This document shows positions 8,496 to 16,071 of a DNA stretch of 30,893 nucleotides, one piece after another; the first letter of the stretch is position 1; each line of letters opens with the position of its first letter. Position numbers and translations under genes: made by a program. Source of the stretch: Alphaproteobacteria bacterium. Its GTDB lineage: Bacteria; Pseudomonadota; Alphaproteobacteria; Micavibrionales; SZUA-601. Under the pieces are notes generated by a model, which made no database searches, had not been told where the DNA came from, and worked only from the letters and a program-made list of their open reading frames with translations. The DNA is taken from assembly GCA_028290805.1 (NCBI GenBank), contig JAQGJA010000098.1, forward strand, positions 1-30,893, given 5' to 3'.

Positions 8496-9383
8496 ATGCA
8501 TGGCTATTCCGTCACTTTTCCTTTGTCGAAAAAAGACTGGCACGAAGTCGAACCGGCTTTAAGCGAACTCTTTGAAGCCCTCATCGTCAAACCCGAGCGC
8601 GAGAACGACCCGACCAGCCGCGAGGTCATCACCCTGATTTTCGAAAAAGATCCCAAACAGGATTTATTGCAGGAACAGATCAATTACGTGTTCGAAGCCT
8701 CGGATGTGCTGCATCCCCCGCGTATTGCGGTGGAAAAACTGCCCGATATTGATTGGCTGCAAAAAGTTTATGAGGATCTGAAGCCCATCGATGCGGGCCG
8801 TTTCTTTGTGCATGGCAGCCATATCACGGCCAATATCCCCACCGATAAAGTGACGATTTTGATCGAGGCCGCAACCGCCTTTGGCACGGGCGAACACCCG
8901 ACGACTAAAGCCTGTCTATTATTGTTTGATCGCTTGCTGGATGGCAAAAAACAACCGAAAAAAATCCTGGATATGGGGTGCGGTTCCGGCATCCTGGCAA
9001 TTGCCGCGGCCAGGACTTTGCCGGTGGAAGAAACCCGCATCATCGGCGTCGATATCGACCCGCAATCGGTGCATGTCGCCTCGAACCACGCCAGCGATAA
9101 CAAGGTCGACCACGATATCACCTTTGTCGCAGGGGACGGATTCAAAACCCCCATCGTGCGCGAAGAAGGGCCCTATGATTTGGTTTTCGCCAATATCCTG
9201 GCCCAGCCTTTGATCGATATGGCGGGTGATCTTGCCGCGATTGCCGGGCGCGATGTGTTATTGTCCGGCTTTACCACGGAACAAAAATCCTATGTACTCA
9301 AACCTTATGCGCAACTGGGTTTCGTCGAACAGGATGAAATTGTCATCGATGAATGGGTCGGGCTGTGGCTGAAAAAGAAATAG
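8496..9383 (+). CDS. prmA: Ribosomal protein L11 methyltransferase
   Basis: IEAATAFGTGEHPTT, LDMGCGSGILAIAA, DID, YDLVFANILA, LLSG. Starts 3 nt after uvrD. Confidence 0.93.
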   Translation: MHGYSVTFPLSKKDWHEVEPALSELFEALIVKPERENDPTSREVITLIFEKDPKQDLLQEQINYVFEASDVLHPPRIAVEKLPDIDWLQKVYEDLKPIDAGRFFVHGSHITANIPTDKVTILIEAATAFGTGEHPTTKACLLLFDRLLDGKKQPKKILDMGCGSGILAIAAARTLPVEETRIIGVDIDPQSVHVASNHASDNKVDHDITFVAGDGFKTPIVREEGPYDLVFANILAQPLIDMAGDLAAIAGRDVLLSGFTTEQKSYVLKPYAQLGFVEQDEIVIDEWVGLWLKKK

Positions 9384-9448
9384 GATATTTAAATATTTGT
9401 ATCGATATAAAAGGGAATAACAATACTGAATTTCTGTATAAAAGTTTT

Positions 9449-9537
9449 AACCACAGAGACACGGAGGACACAGAGATTCGCAGAGAAGATTTTATTCTCT
9501 CTGTGAATCTCCTCTTAAACTCTGTGCCTCTGTGGTT
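9449..9537. repeat. 89-bp nested imperfect palindrome (MITE/REP-like)
   Basis: Outer arms AACCACAGAGACACGGAG / CTCTGTGCCTCTGTGGTT (16/18); inner arms GAGATTCGCAGAGA / TCTCTGTGAATCTC (13/14). Confidence 0.75.
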
Positions 9538-9569
9538 GATTTCTGCTGCAAGGACACAGATAATTTGAA

Positions 9570-11288
9570 ATGAGTAATAACAGGATTGTACCCATGACAT
9601 CGGACGAAAAAATAAACCGCCTGCGCCAGTGGATGCGCGATAACGGCATCGATGCCTATCTCGTTCCGCATGCGGACCGGTTTCAAAGCGAATATCTGGT
9701 GCCGCAAGATGAACGCCTGGCCTGGTTGACGGGGTTTACCGGTTCGGCGGGAATGGCTGCGATATTATCGGACAAGGCGTTTTTATTTACCGATGGGCGT
9801 TACACATTGCAGGCGGCGGCGGAAACGGATGCGCATGTGATCGAGGTGATTGAATCACCGGCGGGAAACCCCGCGGACGTTTTCGGCGGGCATCTATCCG
9901 AAGGCGGCGTTATCGGTTTTGATCCGATGCTGTTCACCGTGGCGCAAATGACCCTGTGGCGGCGTGAGGCGCAACTACGCCATTGGCAATTGCGGCCATT
10001 GGAAACAAATCCAATCGATCTTTTATGGACCGATAAACCGGTCGCCCCCACTGTTCCTGCCAAAGCCCATGAGTTGGCCTATGCCGGGATGAGCACTGCT
10101 GATAAAACGGCGCGCATCCTGGAAAAAAGAAATCCAAAAGCGGCGACGATATTGATCAGCGATCCGACTTTGGTCTGCTGGCTGTTGAATATGCGCGGCG
10201 GCGATGTAGCGCATGTGCCGCTGGTCCAGGGCGCCGCTTTGCTGGACGAAACCGGGCATATTACCTTGTTTACAAACCCGGATAAAATTCCGGCCGATCT
10301 GCGCCTGGTCTGGGGCAACCATGTCGGCGTGGAAAACCTGTCGCGCCTGACCGAAACAATTGAAAAAATCAACAAGCCGCTGCAGATCGACCCGGTCCAG
10401 TGCAGCTATGCGATAAAAGTTTTTTGCGACGACCGTGATATCCCGCTGGTCGAGGCACAGGACCCGGCGCTGTTGCTGCGTGCCTGCAAAAACGCGGTGG
10501 AAATTAAAGGGGCGATAAGCGCCCATGAAAAAGACGCCATGGCCTTTGATGCCTTCATGGCCTGGTTCAATACGCGCGATTTTGAAGCGGAAAATATCAC
10601 AGAACTGGATGTGATCGAAAAATTGCGTCATTGCCGCACAGGCAATACTGATTGCGTCGATGACAGTTTTTCCACTATCGCCGGTTTCGGCCCCAATGGT
10701 GCGATCGTGCATTACCGCGCCGATGAAAAAACCAATCGGCGCCTGCAGCCAAACTCCCTGTTATTGCTGGACAGCGGCGGCCAGTATTTTGAGGGCACCA
10801 CCGATGTCACGCGGGTTTTACCCGTCGGCACGCCGACGCCGATCATGAAAAAACATTATACCGCCGTGCTACAAGGCCTGATCGCTTTATCCTGTACCCG
10901 CTTTCCGGTCGGCACCACCGGCGCGCAGCTCGAAGCCATCGCGCGTCAGCCCGTCTGGGCGCTGGGCCTGGATTACGCGCATGGCACCGGGCATGGGGTG
11001 GGTTCTTATCTCAGCGTGCATGAAGGCCCGCAAGGTTTTTCCCCGCGCGGCACCGCCCCGCTGCAGCCTGGGATGATCCTGTCGATCGAACCGGGCGTTT
11101 ACCTCACCGGGCAATACGGCATCCGCCTGGAAAACCTGGTGGCCGTGGTCGATGACGCACGCGAGGATGACATCAAACATATGCTGGCGTTCAAAACGCT
11201 GACAAAGATTCCGTTCGAGTCAAAGCTGATCTGCCGCGAAGACCTTACCGAAGCTGAAAAGGAATTCCTGCAAAAATTCCAGCAGTAA
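9570..11288 (+). CDS. Xaa-Pro aminopeptidase (aminopeptidase P, M24B)
   Basis: LAWLTGFTGSAG, DGRY, DSGGQY, GTTDVTR, HGTGHGVG, VHEGP, EPG, GIRLEN. Confidence 0.93.
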   Translation: MSNNRIVPMTSDEKINRLRQWMRDNGIDAYLVPHADRFQSEYLVPQDERLAWLTGFTGSAGMAAILSDKAFLFTDGRYTLQAAAETDAHVIEVIESPAGNPADVFGGHLSEGGVIGFDPMLFTVAQMTLWRREAQLRHWQLRPLETNPIDLLWTDKPVAPTVPAKAHELAYAGMSTADKTARILEKRNPKAATILISDPTLVCWLLNMRGGDVAHVPLVQGAALLDETGHITLFTNPDKIPADLRLVWGNHVGVENLSRLTETIEKINKPLQIDPVQCSYAIKVFCDDRDIPLVEAQDPALLLRACKNAVEIKGAISAHEKDAMAFDAFMAWFNTRDFEAENITELDVIEKLRHCRTGNTDCVDDSFSTIAGFGPNGAIVHYRADEKTNRRLQPNSLLLLDSGGQYFEGTTDVTRVLPVGTPTPIMKKHYTAVLQGLIALSCTRFPVGTTGAQLEAIARQPVWALGLDYAHGTGHGVGSYLSVHEGPQGFSPRGTAPLQPGMILSIEPGVYLTGQYGIRLENLVAVVDDAREDDIKHMLAFKTLTKIPFESKLICREDLTEAEKEFLQKFQQ

Positions 11289-11831
11289 TTAAACACACAC
11301 CGTCGTCAGCTCTTTCAGGCTTTGAAACCTTGCATCGTTTTCGCTTACCAGCGGGTATTTGATCGGCCACTGGATGTTCAGGCTGGCATCTTTCCAGAAC
11401 AACCCGCGGATGGATTGGGCATCGTAAAAGCCGGTGTATTTTTCGTGCATGTCGACAATGTCGGAACGGGCGAGGGTGGCATAGGCCAAGCCGCCGGCGA
11501 TATAGACCTGGCGGTTTTGCGCTTCGGTGATGTCGATCATCTGGATAGCGCCGAAACTCCTGGAACCCTCGCGCACATCAGCGACAACCAAGGTTACATC
11601 GCCGCGCACAAGATTGAGCAGCATCTGCTGGTCATCGGGCAAGATATACATGCCGCGCAGGGAGCCTTGGAACGAACGCACATAGCGGTCACTGGCGAAA
11701 CGGCCGGTCATGCCGAAAGCGGCATATTGGGTCGGGTGAAAAACGGGACGTGTGATGCCGCGCAGGTCATGCGCGGTCTCGGGCTCGATCAGCAATAATC
11801 CTGCAATCGGGGTATTCTGGACGGACAACAT
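11289..11831 (-). CDS. RmlC (dTDP-4-dehydrorhamnose 3,5-epimerase)-like cupin, catalytic residues substituted; start re-called at 11831 (180 aa)
   Basis: Colinear with RmlC: TPIAGLLLIEP, DLRG, LRGMY, DVR.GS.SFG, WKD.SLNIQWP, VSEND. GAGG SD lies 5 nt upstream of ATG 11831. Confidence 0.85.
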   Translation of the reverse strand: MLSVQNTPIAGLLLIEPETAHDLRGITRPVFHPTQYAAFGMTGRFASDRYVRSFQGSLRGMYILPDDQQMLLNLVRGDVTLVVADVREGSRSFGAIQMIDITEAQNRQVYIAGGLAYATLARSDIVDMHEKYTGFYDAQSIRGLFWKDASLNIQWPIKYPLVSENDARFQSLKELTTVCV

Positions 11832-12166
11832 GGGAACCTCATTTCCTGGGTTTAGATCTTCAAGCCATTCTTGGCTTCCCTTCCTGTGTATCATGGCAAA
11901 GCTGCCAAATCGTTAACACTCAAAAGAACCCCCTGCATGCTTGTGTATGTTTAGAATACAACCATAGGTTGTTATATCCATAGTGCCTTGTCCGTAATGG
12001 CTCAACATATGATTGTTGGCAAGGATTTGGCCGGGCTTAAAGGCTATTTCTCTTAAGAACTTAAAATATCGAATTAATTTGACGCTTTCGGAGTCCCTTG
12101 GCTAGCGATGACGGGACCGTTTGGTCAGCTATCCCCAACACAATTCAGAATGAAAAGGAGAAAAAA

Positions 12167-12400
12167 ATGAGCGCTGGTTTCGACCATAACCTGGCCCGGA
12201 ATTTTGACCGGGCCGTGATCGCCAAACTGACCGTGAAAAAAATACTGCACCAGATCGATTATATTGAAACCATGGTGACCTGCGGCAGCGAGGGCGGCGA
12301 CATGAAAATCGTCCTGCCGGACTGGTTCGCCGAATGCGGGTCCATCTGCGCCGCCTGGAGGTCATGGCCGAACAATTCGCGCAGTAACAAGACATCATGA
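12167..12400 (+). CDS. Small hypothetical protein, 77 aa as read (possible frameshift near 12355)
   Basis: Strong AAGGAG SD before ATG 12167 and genome-like GC3-rich codons up to ...CGSICAA. Confidence 0.6.
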   Translation: MSAGFDHNLARNFDRAVIAKLTVKKILHQIDYIETMVTCGSEGGDMKIVLPDWFAECGSICAAWRSWPNNSRSNKTS

Positions 12401-12480
12401 ACCCCGTTGACGAGCGGGGTTTATTTCAACCGGCTTCTCGGCTATACAAGTCCCATAAAACAAGCAAAAAGGACAAAATA

Positions 12481-13548
12481 ATGGCAAAATTCAAACCCGG
12501 GCTGGCTTATGGCGATGCCGCATGGGAAATCCTCAACGAAGCAAAAGCCAGACAGGCCGCTTTACCCGCCGTCAATGTGACCGGCACCAATTCCGTCAAT
12601 GCCACATTGGAAGCGGCCAAGGCCGTTAGTTCCCCCGTCATCATCCAGTTTTCCAATGGCGGCGCCGCCTTTTATGCCGGCAAGGGGCTTAGCAATGACG
12701 GCGAAAAAGCCGCGATCAAGGGCGCCATTGCCGGCGCGCTGCACATTCATACCGTGGCCAAGGATTACGGCATTCCGGTCATCCTGCACACCGATCACGC
12801 GGCCAAGAAACTCTTGCCCTGGATCGATGGTTTATTGGATGCGGGCGAGCATCACTTCAAATCCTTGGGACACCCCTTGTTTTCCTCGCATATGCTGGAT
12901 CTTTCCGAGGAACCCTTGGAAGAGAACATCGAAATCTGCGTGAAATATTTCGAGCGCATGAGCAAGATCGGCATGCAGATCGAAATCGAACTTGGGGTTA
13001 CCGGCGGCGAAGAAGACGGCGTCGATAATTCCGGCGTGGATTCCTCGCGTCTTTATACCCAACCCGAAGAAGTCGCCCATGCCTATGAAGAGCTGAAAAA
13101 AATACGCGAGCATTTCACCATTGCCGCCGCCTTCGGCAACGTGCATGGCGTGTATTCGCCGGGCAACGTTAAACTACAGCCAAAAATCCTGAAAAACTCC
13201 CAGGATTTCATCCAGCAGAAATTCAACACCGGCGACAAACCCGTCAATTTCGTTTTCCACGGCGGCAGCGGCTCAGCCCGTGAAGATATCCGTGAAGCCC
13301 TAAGCTACGGTGCGGTCAAAATGAATATCGACACCGACATGCAATGGGCCATGTGGGACGGCGTCCGCCAGTTCGAATCCAGCAAACGCGATTACCTGCA
13401 AGCCCAGATCGGCAACCCCGAAGGCGCGGAAAAACCCAACAAAAAATTCTATGACCCCCGCGTCTGGCTGCGCGAAGGCGAGAAGACATTTGTGGCGCGA
13501 TTAAAGGAAGCGTTTGACGATTTGAATGCTGTTGGGTTGAATGGGTAA
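12481..13548 (+). CDS. fbaA: Fructose-bisphosphate aldolase class II, E. coli FbaA-type (subgroup A); start re-called at 12481
   Basis: PAVN, IIQFSNGGAAF, LHTDHAAKKLLPWIDG, FSSHMLDLSEE, EIELGVTGGEEDGVDN, FGNVHGVY, FHGGSGS, KMNIDTD, YDPRVWLR. AAGGA SD upstream. Confidence 0.96.
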   Translation: MAKFKPGLAYGDAAWEILNEAKARQAALPAVNVTGTNSVNATLEAAKAVSSPVIIQFSNGGAAFYAGKGLSNDGEKAAIKGAIAGALHIHTVAKDYGIPVILHTDHAAKKLLPWIDGLLDAGEHHFKSLGHPLFSSHMLDLSEEPLEENIEICVKYFERMSKIGMQIEIELGVTGGEEDGVDNSGVDSSRLYTQPEEVAHAYEELKKIREHFTIAAAFGNVHGVYSPGNVKLQPKILKNSQDFIQQKFNTGDKPVNFVFHGGSGSAREDIREALSYGAVKMNIDTDMQWAMWDGVRQFESSKRDYLQAQIGNPEGAEKPNKKFYDPRVWLREGEKTFVARLKEAFDDLNAVGLNG

Positions 13549-13603
13549 GTTTTTTTGAACCACCAAGCGCGGCTAAGGCCGCTTCACCAAGCGACATTTC
13601 ATG

Positions 13604-14146
13604 TCATGCAAATAGGGCGACCGATGGTGTACTTGGCGGTTCAAAATCCAATTGTTGCACTAAATCCTCGAACCCTTCATCGATAGTCGGACATGATGTA
13701 TCGACAGTGAAATTCCTCGTCGCCCACGGATGATATCCACAATTAACCACCTCTTCCCAAGTCGGCATTTTATGGCCTTCAATATCGGCCTTGTGCGATT
13801 CAATGCGACGTCTGTGTTCTTTACTGTCGGAACAAACGATTTCTATTTCAATTAGCCTGGAACCAGTTCTTTGAGCGATATCGCGCCATGAATTGCGTGT
13901 CACCGGAATAGAGTTAACCGAGTCTGCGATAACCCTATTTCCCCTGCGCAGATTGTCTTCGGCAAGGGCATAGGCAATAAGATATCCCTCATGTCCCTCT
14001 TTTATGGATTGCGCGCGCAGAAGCGTTTGTTCAATCGTATCTATTCTTAGATAAACACTTTTAAGTAGGCTTGATAGTGCTTGCGCGAGAGTGGTTTTCC
14101 CCGTGCCTGGAAGGCCTCCAAAGACAATAAGAAGCGAATCTGTCAT
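13604..14146 (-). CDS. P-loop AAA_33/kinase-like protein; start re-called at 14146
   Basis: GGLPGTGKTTLA, YLRIDTIEQ, VIADSVN, CSDSKEHRRRIE, PTWEEV. AT-rich (24/60 GC at 14041-14100). Confidence 0.85.
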   Translation of the reverse strand: MTDSLLIVFGGLPGTGKTTLAQALSSLLKSVYLRIDTIEQTLLRAQSIKEGHEGYLIAYALAEDNLRRGNRVIADSVNSIPVTRNSWRDIAQRTGSRLIEIEIVCSDSKEHRRRIESHKADIEGHKMPTWEEVVNCGYHPWATRNFTVDTSCPTIDEGFEDLVQQLDFEPPSTPSVALFA

Positions 14147-14282
14147 GATAGTCACGATAATGGTTGAATAAGCCGGCCGCAATTGAATTCGGAATTAACA
14201 AAGGCTAACCTAAACAGATAATCCTGCTTAACAGCCGTAATTGCAATTGCCTGTCTTTCCCAACCGCTTTATGCTGTACCGC
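14147..14282. promoter_or_regulatory. Back-to-back divergent leaderless-type promoters
   Basis: Minus strand: TTGCGG(14182-14177)-N17-TATCGT(14159-14154)-N7-ATG 14146. Plus strand: TTGCCT(14247-14252)-N17-TATGCT(14270-14275)-N7-ATG 14283. Confidence 0.6.
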
Positions 14283-15413
14283 ATGAAAACCGCCCATAAC
14301 ATCGCCACGATCCTGCCGCCCAGCGAGCATTTCACACCTGCTGCAGCGGGGGCGATTGCCCTGTTCGTGCGCGATACGACGATGGGCAGCGTGTTCCAGA
14401 AGAATGTCACCGTTTACGGCAATGACACAGACAAGCAGCGGCATTTTCAAAACATTGCCTATCAGGGCGTGGCCCCGAAAATGCGCCTGTTATATGGGCG
14501 CAACGGCGGCTTTGCCCAGGCCTTGGGGGATGAATTCCGCAGGAATCCGCCCAGCCTGATCGAGGTGCATAACCGGGTGAATATCTTTAATATCCTGGCC
14601 AGCCATATGCCGCAATCGCTGATCACCCTGTATTTCCACAATGATCCGCTGACGATCAAGGGGGCGATGACGCCAAAGGAACGCTGGGGGCTTTTGGCGC
14701 GGGCCGATGCGATTTATTGCTGCAGCGATTACGTGCGCCGGCGTTTCCTGACCGGGCTCGAGGCAGGGCGGACCGAACATGTCCATGTCGTCTATGAATA
14801 TACCGATCTCAAGCCGCGCCATAAAAAAGAAAACATTATCCTGTATGTCGGGCGCCTGATCGAGGAAAAAGGCGTCCGCGAACTGGCCCAAGCGGCGCAG
14901 CGTTTATTGCCGCATTTTCCGGACTGGCGCATCGTCTTTGCCGGGGCCAACCGCCCGGGCGGCAAGAACGACACCGCCTATGCGCGGGAGGTGGGCCGCA
15001 TTTTAAAGCCTTTGGGCAAACAGGCGATTTTCCTGGGACACCAGCCGCATCCAAAAATCATGAATCTTTTCGCCCGCGCCGCGATCGCCGTGGTGCCTTC
15101 GACCTGGTCCGAACCAATGGGCCGCACGGCGGTCGAAGGGATCGCTTCAGGCTGTGCTCTTGTAACCTCCGGCCATGGCGGCCTGGCCGAAATTGCCGGG
15201 GAAGCGGGGATACTGGCCAGTCCCGTCACGCCGGACGGCTTGGCCCTGGCGCTGCAGGGCTTGATGGAAGACCCCGAAACCTTGCGCCAGGTGCAGAATC
15301 TGTGTTACCAGCACGCCGCCCATTTCGACCTCAAGGCTGGCCGCGCCTATTTCGACGCCCTGCGCGAACGTATGCTGAATAAAAGCTATAACCAGCCGCA
15401 GCGTTTTTATTGA
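14283..15413 (+). CDS. Glycosyltransferase family 4 (GT-B); start re-called at 14283
   Basis: ILYVGRLIEEKG, EX7E motif EPMGRTAVE, GGLAEI, N-terminal LPPSEHF...AGAIALFV. Confidence 0.9.
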   Translation: MKTAHNIATILPPSEHFTPAAAGAIALFVRDTTMGSVFQKNVTVYGNDTDKQRHFQNIAYQGVAPKMRLLYGRNGGFAQALGDEFRRNPPSLIEVHNRVNIFNILASHMPQSLITLYFHNDPLTIKGAMTPKERWGLLARADAIYCCSDYVRRRFLTGLEAGRTEHVHVVYEYTDLKPRHKKENIILYVGRLIEEKGVRELAQAAQRLLPHFPDWRIVFAGANRPGGKNDTAYAREVGRILKPLGKQAIFLGHQPHPKIMNLFARAAIAVVPSTWSEPMGRTAVEGIASGCALVTSGHGGLAEIAGEAGILASPVTPDGLALALQGLMEDPETLRQVQNLCYQHAAHFDLKAGRAYFDALRERMLNKSYNQPQRFY

Positions 15414-15587
15414 CGTCCGGTTTATTTTTGAATCAATACCAAGACTCTCATTTCCGAGCCCGCAGTTTTTGCTTTGATGAGAACAGTTTGGCAGGCGAGA
15501 AATCTCCTGCGGCACGGCCATCGGGTCTTTATCCTGTGGGGGATCTCTCGTCGTCCCTCTTTGAGACAGGGGAAAGAATTAATTGAA

Positions 15588-15959
15588 CTAAAATTTAGGA
15601 TAATGAAAAATTTCAGGGACGTTTTCCACCGTCCGGGCAAGCGCCATTTGCTGGGCTTTCAGCGCCGATTTTGTGGTTATCTTTGTGATATCGGCCATGT
15701 TTTTGCGCAACGGCTCCAGGGCTTTGTCCGCGCAGTAAAAAGCGGCGCTAGTGACGCAATCCATAAAAGCGCCGCCTGTCGCACCTAGGAAACACCCGGC
15801 CATGGCGCCGAATAGTTTAGAGACGGGCACATCGCCAACACTGAAATCATTCATTTGCCACCAGCCCCCGACAGCCCCCGCAACCGTGCCCAGGCAAAGG
15901 AACGGACCAATATCGGGATTGAATCCAGAGGATTTTTTGAGGGCGGCGCTTTGTTGCAT
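15588..15959 (-). CDS. Hypothetical membrane protein, 123 aa, with two Gly-rich hydrophobic helices; start re-called at 15959
   Basis: FLCLGTVAGAVGGWW and LFGAMAGCFLGATGGAF. Promoter TTGCGT(15996-15991)-N18-TATTCT(15972-15967)-N7-ATG. Confidence 0.65.
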   Translation of the reverse strand: MQQSAALKKSSGFNPDIGPFLCLGTVAGAVGGWWQMNDFSVGDVPVSKLFGAMAGCFLGATGGAFMDCVTSAAFYCADKALEPLRKNMADITKITTKSALKAQQMALARTVENVPEIFHYPKF

Positions 15960-16071
15960 AAAGGATAGAATATCGCATCGGGCGGGCTTTACGCAATAAA
16001 AATCGTTTTCTTGCCGCACCAAGGGGCCTTAAACCGCCAATATTAAACCTTGTCTTAAGGCCTGCCGGACT

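Noticed and set aside
9343-9707. Short ORFs 9343-9600, 9353-9568 and 9492-9707
   Set aside because: They read through the palindromic element and gene ends; there is no independent coding evidence.
11895-12166. Multiple TTAA motifs as CtrA boxes (also 167-183, 16029-16058, 21763-21779, 14195-14209)
   Set aside because: Spacings are 2-6 or 8-12 nt rather than the required 7, and TTAA is common in AT-rich intergenic DNA.
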